From positions 5,600,001-5,664,000 of the forward strand of contig CBDCJH010000002.1 of the NCBI GenBank assembly GCA_965217775.1: 64,000 bases of DNA, in the 5' to 3' direction. The position numbers and the translations under genes were made by a program. The notes under the pieces were generated by a model, which did no database searches, had not been told where the DNA came from, and saw only the letters and a program-made list of their open reading frames with translations. Below are positions 9,099-18,303 of the stretch, in pieces (the stretch's first letter is position 1; each line of letters begins with the position of its first letter). The stretch comes from Acidobacteriota bacterium (GTDB lineage: Bacteria; Acidobacteriota; UBA6911; RPQK01; JAJDTT01).

Positions 9099-12000
9099 AT
9101 GCCCAGGAAACGTCGGGGCGCCCGCAACCGGCAGAGGAAGAGAAGACGAGTTCAAACGACCTCTGCGAAAAGGCGTCCGAGCGTCCGCAAGACCCGCCCA
9201 CAATCCGCACCGGAGAAACGGTCACCGGAACGAAGGCCCAAGAGTCTCTACCTGGGAATGTCAGTCCTGGGCGCGGTTGTGGCAATCGGGGCACTCTATT
9301 TCTTCAAGGATCGAGGTGAGCCCTTTCCCGGCAGGGTCTGGTCACAGGAGTACACGATCCCTCCCAGGAATCTGCCGCTGGGCGACGTGGAGAAGGCCTT
9401 GAAGAAAGTTCCGGAAGGGGCTGACGAATGGGATTCCGAAGAGGTGGACGTCGAGATCGAGAACAGGCTCCAGGAATTCGCCAGTGTGCTCAAGGGCGAA
9501 TCGGGTGCCGAATCGTTTCTGCCCGGGTTTCTCGGTTCCGACTTCAAAGGGACGCCGCTGGAGCCGTCAGCCACCCGGAAGGTCAAGGCTGAGGAGGGGT
9601 TGGAGATCTTCCGAGGCGAGCCGGACAGCGAGGAAAGAGTCACGGCGGCGGCGTTTCCGTCAGAGATCGCAAAGTTATTGCGTGAAGCCGCACGGATAGA
9701 AGACGTGAAATTCAAGGTGACGAGGATCGAATCGCCCCGGCTTCCGGGATCGACCGTCGTCAGCGACGTCAAATACACCATTCTGGGTCTGGACAAGGCC
9801 GGCGAATCCTTGCAGTGGATGGGAGACTGGCAACTCGACTGGCAAAAGGACCACTTGGGCCAATGGAAGCTCTCACGGCTGAAAGCTCTGTCCACTTCGC
9901 AAGGACGGAGTGTCCGCAACGCCTTCATGGAGGTCACTCAGCGGGCGCTGGGGAAGAACGACTCCTACCGGCAACAGCTTCTGCTGGGAGTCGAGTATTG
10001 GCAGGGAATCCTCGACTACGTCGCCGGAATGGACATCTATGGTCACAACGGCGTCTCGATTGCCGATATCGACGACGACGGCGACGAGGATTTCCATGTC
10101 TCTCAGCCGGCGGGCCTACCCAATCTGCTGTTTCGCAACCAGGGAGACGGAACCTTTCTGGACGTCACCGAAAAGGCGGGAGTCGACGTCCTGGACAATA
10201 CGGCGTCCAGTTTTTTTGCCGACACGGACAACGACGGGGATCCGGACCTCATCCTCATTGGCGCCAGCTCACTGCTTTTTCACAACGACGGCTCCGGCCG
10301 CTTCCGGCTGGCTCCCGATTCCGGGTTCGAGGCGATCGATGACACCGGCGGGAGCAAAGTGTCCGCTGCCGTGGCCGACTACGACCTGGACGGACATCTG
10401 GACATTTATGTCTGCTCATACGCCTTTTGGCAGGGACAGGAAGAACTGGGCAATTATCCCTTTCCCTACCACGACGCCAACAACGGCGCCCCCAACATCC
10501 TCTTGCGGAACCAGGGGAACGGGTCGTTCCGCGACGTCACCCGGCGATCCGGAATAGATCAGAATAATCTGCGTTACAGTTTTGCCGCGGCGTGGGGGGA
10601 TTACAACGGCGACCGATATCCGGACCTGTACGTCGCCAACGACTTCGGCCGCAACAACCTCTATCGAAACAACGGTGACGGCACCTTTACCGACGTGGCC
10701 CGAGAGGCGGGAGTGGAAGATATCGGAGCGGGAATGAGCGCGGCTTGGGAGGACTATGACAACGACGGCCGCCTGGACCTCTACGTGGGAAACATGTGGT
10801 CGTCGGCGGGTCAGCGGATCACTTCACTGCAGCAGTTCCAGACCCAGCGGCCGCAAGAGGAGATCCGGAGCTATCGACGCCATGCCAAGGGCAACTCCCT
10901 GTTCGCAAATCGGGGTGACGGAACGTTCGAGGAAGTCGGCGCCCAAGCGGACGTCGAGTTGGGCCGGTGGGCCTGGAGCAGCGATTTCTTCGATTTCGAC
11001 AATGACGGTCATGAAGACCTGTACGTGGTGAACGGCTTCATCACCAACGAAGACACGAAGGACCTCTGAAGCTTCCTCTGGCGGCAGGTCGTGTCGCAAT
11101 CGCCATCGCAGGATGCCGTCGCTTCCGCCCCGTCCGGAGCGCGGATCGGCTCCGAATACCGGAATGGGTGGGACGCGGTGAACTTGCTGATCCGGCAAGG
11201 CGGATCCCTGAGTGCGCGCGAGACCAACAATTTCTATATCAACTGCGGCGACGGAACCTTTGCCGACGCCTCGGGCATCACGGGACTGGACTTTCCCGAA
11301 GACGGACGTGCCTTCGCCACCGGCGATCTCGACCAGGACGGCGACCTGGATCTCATTCTAAAGAATCGAAATTCGCCGCAGCTCCGGCTGTTGCGGAATC
11401 AGGGCGGGAGCGGCTACAACGCGGCCAGTTTCGATCTCAGGGGCACGCGCAGCAACCGGGACGCCGTCGGAGCGAGAATCACCATCGAGACCGACGCGGG
11501 CTCCAGGTCGAAATTCGTCAAGATCGGATCGGGTTTCCTGTCCCAGAGTTCTCGCCGGGTCTGGTTCGGACTGGGGAACCAAGAAGGGATCCGGCAAGTC
11601 AAGATCGATTGGCCCAGCGGGGAAGTCCAGACTCTTCGTGATCTACCGGCCAACCACCGGATCGTGATCGTCGAGGGGGTGGGCAGAACGGAGACCATTC
11701 CTTTTCGGTCTTCCCAGCAGGAGGACGCCAGGGCGGGCGACGCGAGGGAAGCGCCTGCTGGTGATCCTCCGCTATACAGTGGAACCTGGCTGCTGGAGAA
11801 ACTTGCCGCCCCCAAGTTCCGGTTGCCCAGCGTGAATGGAAGGCATTATGGCTTGGGCATGTACCAGGGCCGCCGGGTGTTGTTGAATTTCTGGGCGACC
11901 TGGTGCCCGCCGTGCCGGGAAGAGTTGCGCGACCTGCGATCCCATCGGGAGGATCTGAAAGACCTCGGCGCCACGATTCTGGCGATCTCCGTCGATGATC

Positions 12001-13181
12001 CTTCAGACCGCGCGAAGGTACGAGAGTACGCCCGGCAGGAAGAGCTCCCGTTCCCGATCCTGCTTGCCGACGAGGACGTCATCGCTGCGTACAACCTGGT
12101 CAATCGCTTCCTGTTTGAAAAAATACGCGACTTGGCCGTACCCACCTCCATGCTTCTGGACCGGGACGGGAACATCGTCAAAATCTACCGGGGCAGAGTT
12201 CCCGCCCGGCAGATCATCCGGGACATTCAGAATATCCCTCGATCCGAAGAAGAGCTGGTCCGGGCGGCCTTTCCTTTTCCGGGTCAAACCTTCGGCATGG
12301 AATTCGTCCGGGACTACACGGTGATTGCGGACGCATTCCGAAGGGCCGGACTCAACGACCAGGCGGCGGATTACTACCAGCACCAGCTACTGGAGCAGGG
12401 CCACGACACGCCCCAATCGTGGAACAGCCTCGGGCTCCTCCATGAACGTGAGGGTAAGTTGGTCCAGGCTCGTGAGGCCTACGAGAAGGCCCTCCGTCTG
12501 AATCCCGACTACGCGGACAGCCACAACAATCTCGGCGCGATTCACTTGAAAGCGGGGGAAATCGACAAGGCCGTAGACAGCTACCGAACTGCCGGCCGCC
12601 TGGCTCCCTGGTCAGCCGACGTCCAGAACAACCTCGGCCATGCGCTGGTGGAGAAGGGTCTGTTCGGGGAGGCCATCCGGGCGTACCGGCGGGCCCATGA
12701 GATCGACGGTCAGGCTCCTCAGCCGCTGATCAACCTTGGAAACACTTACCTTAAAATGAAGCGTTTTCAAGACGCGATCTCAGCATACGGCAAGGTCTTG
12801 CAGATTTTTCCGGATTCCGCGGATATCCATCACAACCTGGGTTTCGCGTATCTGGAGTCAGGGCGACTCGACGACGCTTTGGCGTCGTTCGACAGTGCGC
12901 TTCGGCTTCGGCCTCAATACGCAAGCGCCCATAACAACAAGGGGACGGTCTTTTTGCGAAAGGGCAGGTTTGAAGAGGCGGGACGTGCGTTCAAGGGGGC
13001 GATCCAGGTCGAATCCGGGTTCAGGGCCGCCTACATCAACCTTGCCATGACGCACCTTCGAGCAAACGAAATTGAAAAAGCCGTGGACGTGCTCCGCCGC
13101 CTGCTCAAGGTGAATCCGGACGATCCCATGGCGCTGGACCTATTGGCACAGATCGAGCAAGTGAAGTCCTCGGCACCGTAG
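9099..13181 (+). CDS. Putative selenoprotein (U657), 1360 aa: TM anchor + FG-GAP propeller + ASPIC/UnbV + TlpA-like redoxin (WCPPC) + TPRs
   Basis: ORFs 9099-11069 and 11091-13181 share a frame with a single TGA at 11067 (EDTKDL*SFLWRQVVSQSP). The last FG-GAP repeat and the ASPIC domain lie downstream of the TGA, and a SECIS-like hairpin follows it. Confidence 0.78.
11081..11097 (+). promoter_or_regulatory. Bacterial SECIS-like hairpin
   Basis: GCGGCA-GGUCG-UGUCGC, 17 nt long, starting after an 11-nt spacer from the UGA; possible lower stem 11071-11077/11110-11116. Confidence 0.7.
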
Positions 13182-13246
13182 AAGGAAAACCGCAGGAGCT
13201 GGTCAGATCCTGCTCGATCGTCCGGCTCCGCGGTGAGAAACGCGGG

Positions 13247-13633
13247 TCAGCGCGATTCGTCGTGGGTCTCGAACTCGGCCGGCATGGTGATCTCCAGGAC
13301 CTGCCAGTCGTCGGAGTATTCCAGCACCTGATGTTTGATCCCGGGCGGCTGGTACCAGGCGTCTCCCGCCTCCACGCGGATCTCGCCGATATCTTCGAAG
13401 TAGAGCAGCGCCCAGCCCTGGATCAGGTAGACCATCTGGAATTCCAGATCGTGTGAGTGGTAGTCCATGGGGCCCCCGGACGGTTGCTCGGCCCGGATGA
13501 CGTGCGCCAGCACCCTGCCTTCGGTGGCATCCTTGATTCCCAGGTCCCGGTAGGCGAAATAGGGCCGCAGGTCCCTGCCCCACCGGGCATCCTTTGCATG
13601 CGCCGCAAATGATTGGGTCCGCTTGTCGGTCAT
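13247..13633 (-). CDS. Cupin domain protein
   Basis: HSHDLEFQMVYLIQGW..AGDAWYQPPGIKH cupin motifs. Confidence 0.88.
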   Translation of the reverse strand: MTDKRTQSFAAHAKDARWGRDLRPYFAYRDLGIKDATEGRVLAHVIRAEQPSGGPMDYHSHDLEFQMVYLIQGWALLYFEDIGEIRVEAGDAWYQPPGIKHQVLEYSDDWQVLEITMPAEFETHDESR

Positions 13634-13765
13634 GGAACAACTCCTTTTTCGGTATCGTCAGCCGATTCTACGGGGCACCGATGGTAGCTGCAAGTTCCCA
13701 AGTTCTTGCAATACAGCGACTTCGATCTCTTCAGGAACTTCTATTCTCCGCTCGCATTGCGACCC

Positions 13766-14836
13766 TTACGCGTCGAGGACCACTCGTTCCGCACGGCCGC
13801 CGCCCGCCGACCGGTAGGCCGCCTCCAGCAACTCCACGGTGCGCGCGGAGATCTCTCCCGGCGACCAGTTCTCCCGGCTCCGGCCGAGGATCAGATCGAT
13901 GAACCGGTTGGGCGGACCGTCGCAGGCGTAGTCCCCCTCGCCCAGCTCGACCTCCAGCTCGAAATTGTCGCCGTCGTGGCGGTGGATGGTCAGGTGCTCA
14001 TGAAAGAGATCGAGACTCAACTCCCCCTCGCTGCCGTAGATGCGGATGTCCATCTCATGCTTGGGCTTGCTGGAGGGCTGGGTTCCGGCGGCGGAAATGG
14101 TCGCGATGGAGCCGTTGTCGAACTTGGCCACGATGGCGTCGTACATCTCGACCGGCGCGCCGGCTCCACTCATGTAGGCGAACACCTCGCTGCCGCGCAG
14201 GCCCGTGAGCCAGAACAGGATCGCCACGCTGTGAGACAACTGGGAGTATCCCTGCCCGCCGCCGGCGAGATCGGGATCACTGTAGAAGGCTTCGGGGTCG
14301 GGGATATTTTCCATGGGATAGGGCCATTTCTGTCCCATGTAGAGAGCCCGCAGGGCCGAGCCCATGTGGCACACGACGTACTCGACTTCGCCGACCGCTC
14401 CCTGATCCATCCTCTCTTTGGCGGCGACGACCATGCGGTTGTAGTGCCAGCCGGTGGGAATGGAGAGCGCCAACCCGTTCGCTTTTGCCGTCTCCACCAG
14501 GTCCCAGGCCTCGGCGGCCCGTAATGCCATGGGCTTCTCCACCAAGACGTGACGGCCCGACTCGAGGCTGGCCTTGGATTGCTCGTAATGGAATCCGTGA
14601 GGAGAGGCGATCACCACCGCGTCGATGGGCTGTTCGAGCAGTTCGCGGTAATCGGCCGTGGCGTAGGGGAAGCCGAATCTCCTCACCGCCAAGTCCCGCG
14701 AGTCCTTCGTGGGCGTGGCGACGCCCGCCAACACCACGTCCTCATGGGCCTGCAAAACAGGCATGTGATTCGTCTGCGCCCAGTTTCCCGCGCCGATGAA
14801 TCCCACTCGGACCTTTTGACTCGTCGCTGATGTCAT
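13766..14836 (-). CDS. Gfo/Idh/MocA oxidoreductase
   Basis: VGFIGAG Rossmann motif and HVLVEKP. Confidence 0.92.
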   Translation of the reverse strand: MTSATSQKVRVGFIGAGNWAQTNHMPVLQAHEDVVLAGVATPTKDSRDLAVRRFGFPYATADYRELLEQPIDAVVIASPHGFHYEQSKASLESGRHVLVEKPMALRAAEAWDLVETAKANGLALSIPTGWHYNRMVVAAKERMDQGAVGEVEYVVCHMGSALRALYMGQKWPYPMENIPDPEAFYSDPDLAGGGQGYSQLSHSVAILFWLTGLRGSEVFAYMSGAGAPVEMYDAIVAKFDNGSIATISAAGTQPSSKPKHEMDIRIYGSEGELSLDLFHEHLTIHRHDGDNFELEVELGEGDYACDGPPNRFIDLILGRSRENWSPGEISARTVELLEAAYRSAGGGRAERVVLDA

Positions 14837-14852
14837 AATTCTATTGCCTCTA

Positions 14853-14876
14853 GGAGGGGGGACATTCCTGTCCCCC
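14853..14876 (+). repeat. GGAG-tagged REP hairpin
   Basis: GGAG GGGGGAC ATTCCT GTCCCCC. Confidence 0.8.
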
Positions 14877-15030
14877 AGTCTTCATTCCCAACCTTTCACG
14901 TTCGCATTGCCAAACGACACCCTCCAGTGTTCGGCGACAAGAAAGCTGCCGCTTGTCTGTTTAAATAAAGAAATTACATCGTTGATTCCAGAGCCGGTTC
15001 GTGGACGCAGGCTCGAAAACTCTAGTTTCC

Positions 15031-15774
15031 CTATCCGTCGATGACACCTTTCTCTTGCAATCTGCCAACCGCATTCTCCATAGACCTATCGCCCTTCACC
15101 TTATTGCACGCCGAACAGAGTAGTTGGAGATTAGAGATCTTGTCGATACGCTTCTTTTTCTTAGGTAGGATGTGGTCTTTTTCCAGATTCCTCAGCGGGA
15201 AATCATGAGCGCACAAGACGCACTTTCCATTCTGTTGTTCGTAGAGGTACTTGGCGATTTTCTCGTCGCCCATCCAAGGATGCCATTGAGCCATCTTGCC
15301 GCTTGGCGCGTGCAGGTAGATTCTCCCCCTGATATGCGACTCCGTGTGGACGTAGAAGTACCCATCACTCGTCGACCTGGCCCATCCGCCCGACTCGACG
15401 AAGGCATCCTCTTCTACGAGTCCCCTCTTCGTGGCGATATTCGCGGCGCGCAGGAATCTTTTCCGATACCGCCCAACATCATCGGACTTCGCTATTGCCT
15501 TGCCCAATCGCGTATCGGGTAGGCTGTGTCTTGGCGGGTCTGGCTTGTCGGGACTCAATGACGAAGTCTTCAGCCATCGGGCGACTCGGTTCCCGTCAAG
15601 GTGGTGATAGTAGTATTTGGTCACTCGAGCCCATCCTGCGATTTCCTCAAAGACTTCCACCTGCTGACCTCGATATAGTCGGTTGACTACCTCGGCATCC
15701 TCGGAAGGAGCAAGATGTTCGCTCGCAACTTCGTCCCTGACGAATGCCGCGGGAGCTTGGTGCTGTCTGTTCAT
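15031..15774 (-). CDS. HNH endonuclease with N-terminal SH3b-like region
   Basis: C-terminal CVLC..DHILPK..NLQLLCSACNKVKG; N-terminal APSEDAEVVNRLYRGQQVEVFEEIAGWARV; lower GC than neighbours. Confidence 0.8.
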   Translation of the reverse strand: MNRQHQAPAAFVRDEVASEHLAPSEDAEVVNRLYRGQQVEVFEEIAGWARVTKYYYHHLDGNRVARWLKTSSLSPDKPDPPRHSLPDTRLGKAIAKSDDVGRYRKRFLRAANIATKRGLVEEDAFVESGGWARSTSDGYFYVHTESHIRGRIYLHAPSGKMAQWHPWMGDEKIAKYLYEQQNGKCVLCAHDFPLRNLEKDHILPKKKKRIDKISNLQLLCSACNKVKGDRSMENAVGRLQEKGVIDG

Positions 15775-15845
15775 TCCTTTTTTCCTTGCGCTCAGATGTT
15801 GATGCCGGTGCCTATGAACACGTCCGCTTGCGTCCTCGCTCCGGC

Positions 15846-15869
15846 CGGCGGTTAGGAAACCGCCGCTCC
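15846..15869 (-). repeat. GGAG-tagged REP hairpin
   Basis: Reverse strand reads GGAG CGGCGGT TTCCTA ACCGCCG. Confidence 0.8.
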
Positions 15870-17384
15870 TCACCGTGGCTCACGCCGGAGGACGACCGGA
15901 CGGAGTCCGGGAATCTCATCCTGCGCCGGGAAATAGGGGCCCTTGAGCTCTGTGTACCGAACGTGGCGCAAAATCGCCGGGGTTGGGCCCGGCGTATCCA
16001 GCACCAGTGCCTCCGTGAACTTCCTCTCATAGCCGACACGGTAGTTCATGGGATTCTTGACTACGATGAACTTGGCGTTTCGAGTGTCCATGCCCACGGA
16101 CCGGTATTGCTCGTCGGCCCAATCGTAGGTGGGAAAGGTGCAGATCAGCACTTCGACCGAGCCGATCCGGAGCCGCACCGAGGGACCCATGTCGGCGACT
16201 TGGCCTCCCCAAATGCCGCCCGAGTAGACGAACTTCCCATCAGTCAGCTTCTCGATCCGCCCGGTCACGGACATGGACCGGCCCCAGCGCGGATCCACCC
16301 TGTGACCCAGAGTCAGTCGGATCTCGGAACCCTCCGTCTCCTGATGGCATTTGGCTGCGGCTTCCGGATCCACCACGGGAACCAGGGCAGGAACGGAAAT
16401 GAAGTTCTCCAAGAGCGCGCGCAAGGTAGCCACGCTGTCCCCGGCGGCGCCACCCCCGACGGAATCCGCGGTCTCCAGCAGCAGGACGGGGCCACCCTCC
16501 ATCTCCAGTCCACGGACGATCGCCTCCCGCGGACTCCAGACTTGGGGTTCCAGGTCGAACCTTCGCTCCCAGTACATCTCGGCGACCTGCGTCGACAACT
16601 CGACGGCAGCGGTGATGTCGCCGTCGGTGATGACCAGGCCGCCGCCCCCCATGCCGGGATGATCGAGATACGGCTGGACCAGGAAGCTGCTCGTCGACAG
16701 CACGTCGGGCCGCTGCTCCATGGCCTTGGCGAAGCGCATCACGTCGGCAAAGGGCGCCGAACCTTCGGTAGAACCCATGATCCCACCCACGATGACCGGC
16801 ACCTTGGCCATGGCCATGGCCGGCCGAACCTTCCCGTCGAGGATGTCGAGCAGCATCCTAACGCCGCGGACTCCTGTGGTGTACGTGTCGCGGTGGGGAT
16901 AGGTCTCCCAGGCCACCAACGCGTCGGTGCATTCGACCATCCTCTCGCTGACGTGGGCGTGCAGATCGAGCGTCCCGACGATGGGGATCTCGGCTCCCAC
17001 CTCGTTACGCACGGCTTCCACCAGATCCCCTTCAAGGTCGCCGATCTCTTCGACCGCCGCGCCTCCGTGCAAGGGGAGCAGCACTCCGCCCACCGGCTTG
17101 GAATCCCGTAACCTTTGTAGAAGCTCCGTCTTCAGCGTGAGGTAGCAGTCCCGGCTCAGGATGCCCCCCGGGACGGCGGTGGCCACCAGCAGCGGCACAA
17201 TGTCCGCGCCACGTTCCCTCAAAGCGGACAGCATTCCCCCGACGACACCGTCCGTCGATTCCAGGACCTGTTGCCCCCGGCGCAGCTCCGTTCGTTCGAA
17301 GCAGGCCAGATCGGTGAACGTGCCGACCAGGTGATTGGACTCCGTAAAGATGGTGCCGACGGCGATTCGATACGGTTGGCTCAT
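15870..17384 (-). CDS. MlrC-family (M81) metallopeptidase
   Basis: FTESN, LPLHGG, DLEGD, TLDLHAH, TYPHRD motifs. Confidence 0.9.
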   Translation of the reverse strand: MSQPYRIAVGTIFTESNHLVGTFTDLACFERTELRRGQQVLESTDGVVGGMLSALRERGADIVPLLVATAVPGGILSRDCYLTLKTELLQRLRDSKPVGGVLLPLHGGAAVEEIGDLEGDLVEAVRNEVGAEIPIVGTLDLHAHVSERMVECTDALVAWETYPHRDTYTTGVRGVRMLLDILDGKVRPAMAMAKVPVIVGGIMGSTEGSAPFADVMRFAKAMEQRPDVLSTSSFLVQPYLDHPGMGGGGLVITDGDITAAVELSTQVAEMYWERRFDLEPQVWSPREAIVRGLEMEGGPVLLLETADSVGGGAAGDSVATLRALLENFISVPALVPVVDPEAAAKCHQETEGSEIRLTLGHRVDPRWGRSMSVTGRIEKLTDGKFVYSGGIWGGQVADMGPSVRLRIGSVEVLICTFPTYDWADEQYRSVGMDTRNAKFIVVKNPMNYRVGYERKFTEALVLDTPGPTPAILRHVRYTELKGPYFPAQDEIPGLRPVVLRREPR

Positions 17385-17426
17385 CCTTCGAGGTTCGCTC
17401 CGGCAGTTGCGAGGATTGGACATCTG

Positions 17427-17495
17427 GGAGCGAGGGTTGTCCAACCCCCGGAACAAGTAAACCAGAAGCACCGGGCGACTGGAAAGTCCCCCTCC
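17427..17495. repeat. Inverted dimer of GGAG REPs (REPIN-like)
   Basis: GGAG CGAGGGT TGTCCA ACCCCCG (+) and GGAG GGGGAC TTTCCA GTCGCC (-). Confidence 0.7.
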
Positions 17496-17533
17496 TGCGA
17501 GTACGTGAAAACGTGACTGTCCCCTTCTCAGGA

Positions 17534-17806
17534 TTATTTCTTGAAGAGATCCGAGTGTGTCCCGGTGCGGACCAAGTGCAATTCGTCGCCCTCTACACGG
17601 TAAATCACGAGCCAGTCCGGTTCGAGATGCGCCTCGCGGTACCCTTTCCAAATTCCCCGTAACGGATGGTCGCGATGCCGCGCGGACAGCGGCTCCTGCA
17701 CGATCAATGAGGACAGGAACGACCGCAGCTTCGTCAGATCCTTGCCTCGCACCCTGGCTTTTCGCACATCGCGTTTGAACTGCGATGAGCGTACCGGGGT
17801 CAACAT
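17534..17806 (-). CDS. yafQ: YafQ-family mRNA interferase toxin
   Basis: SQFKRDVRK..RDHPLRGIWKGYREAHLEPDWLVIY..LVRTGTHSDLF. Confidence 0.93.
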   Translation of the reverse strand: MLTPVRSSQFKRDVRKARVRGKDLTKLRSFLSSLIVQEPLSARHRDHPLRGIWKGYREAHLEPDWLVIYRVEGDELHLVRTGTHSDLFKK

Positions 17807-17807
17807 G

Positions 17808-18065
17808 TCAGAGGTCGAGGTCCCGGAATAGTTCCTTGGCGCTGTCGAAACGCCGGCCCTTGCCGTCGTCCAACTCCTTCATGGCTTTGACGGTCGCGGC
17901 ATTTGGGACTTGGATGGAGAAGGGCAATCGCTTCTCGTCCGCTACGCGCAACAAGAGCAGGCGAATCGCATCGGAAACCGTCAAGCCCATGGCTCGGAGC
18001 GCCTCGGTAGCGCGTGCTTTGGTGCTGCTGTCGATTCGAGCGCGCACAACGGTGTCTGAACTCAT
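17808..18065 (-). CDS. dinJ: DinJ/RelB-family antitoxin
   Basis: VVRARID..MGLTVSDAIRLLL..LPF..PNAAT, with an AGGAGG RBS. Confidence 0.92.
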   Translation of the reverse strand: MSSDTVVRARIDSSTKARATEALRAMGLTVSDAIRLLLLRVADEKRLPFSIQVPNAATVKAMKELDDGKGRRFDSAKELFRDLDL

Positions 18066-18093
18066 CTTCGATTTCCTCCTACGTGGTAGCCTC

Positions 18094-18122
18094 AATGTAG
18101 CTACAAAGGACGTTCCTGTCAA
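18094..18122 (-). promoter_or_regulatory. dinJ-yafQ promoter with autoregulatory palindrome
   Basis: TTGACA-17 nt-TACATT on the minus strand; palindrome TGTAGCTACA (18096-18105) overlaps the -10 box. Confidence 0.75.
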
Positions 18123-18303
18123 TAAGGACTCCAGCGAACGAGTGCCACGGGCAGAATACCCGCGCGAGAACGGGACCGAGAACGCATTCTAGACAGTGAC
18201 TGTCCCCTTCTAACCTGGTCCCCTTCCAGCCTGCATTTGAGGGGTACATGCCTGATATAGTCAGAATTCAAGGTTGTTCCATGATTTCAGCAAGGAGATT
18301 CGC

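Larger units (their letters stand above)
17513..18211. mobile_element. Toxin-antitoxin cassette bounded by 16-bp direct repeats
   Basis: GTGACTGTCCCCTTCT at 17513-17528 and 18196-18211. Confidence 0.6.

Noticed and set aside
11091-13181. Stand-alone 696-aa gene starting at GTG 11091
   Set aside because: No clear RBS or signal peptide, it begins inside a propeller, and it is better explained as the continuation past the UGA.
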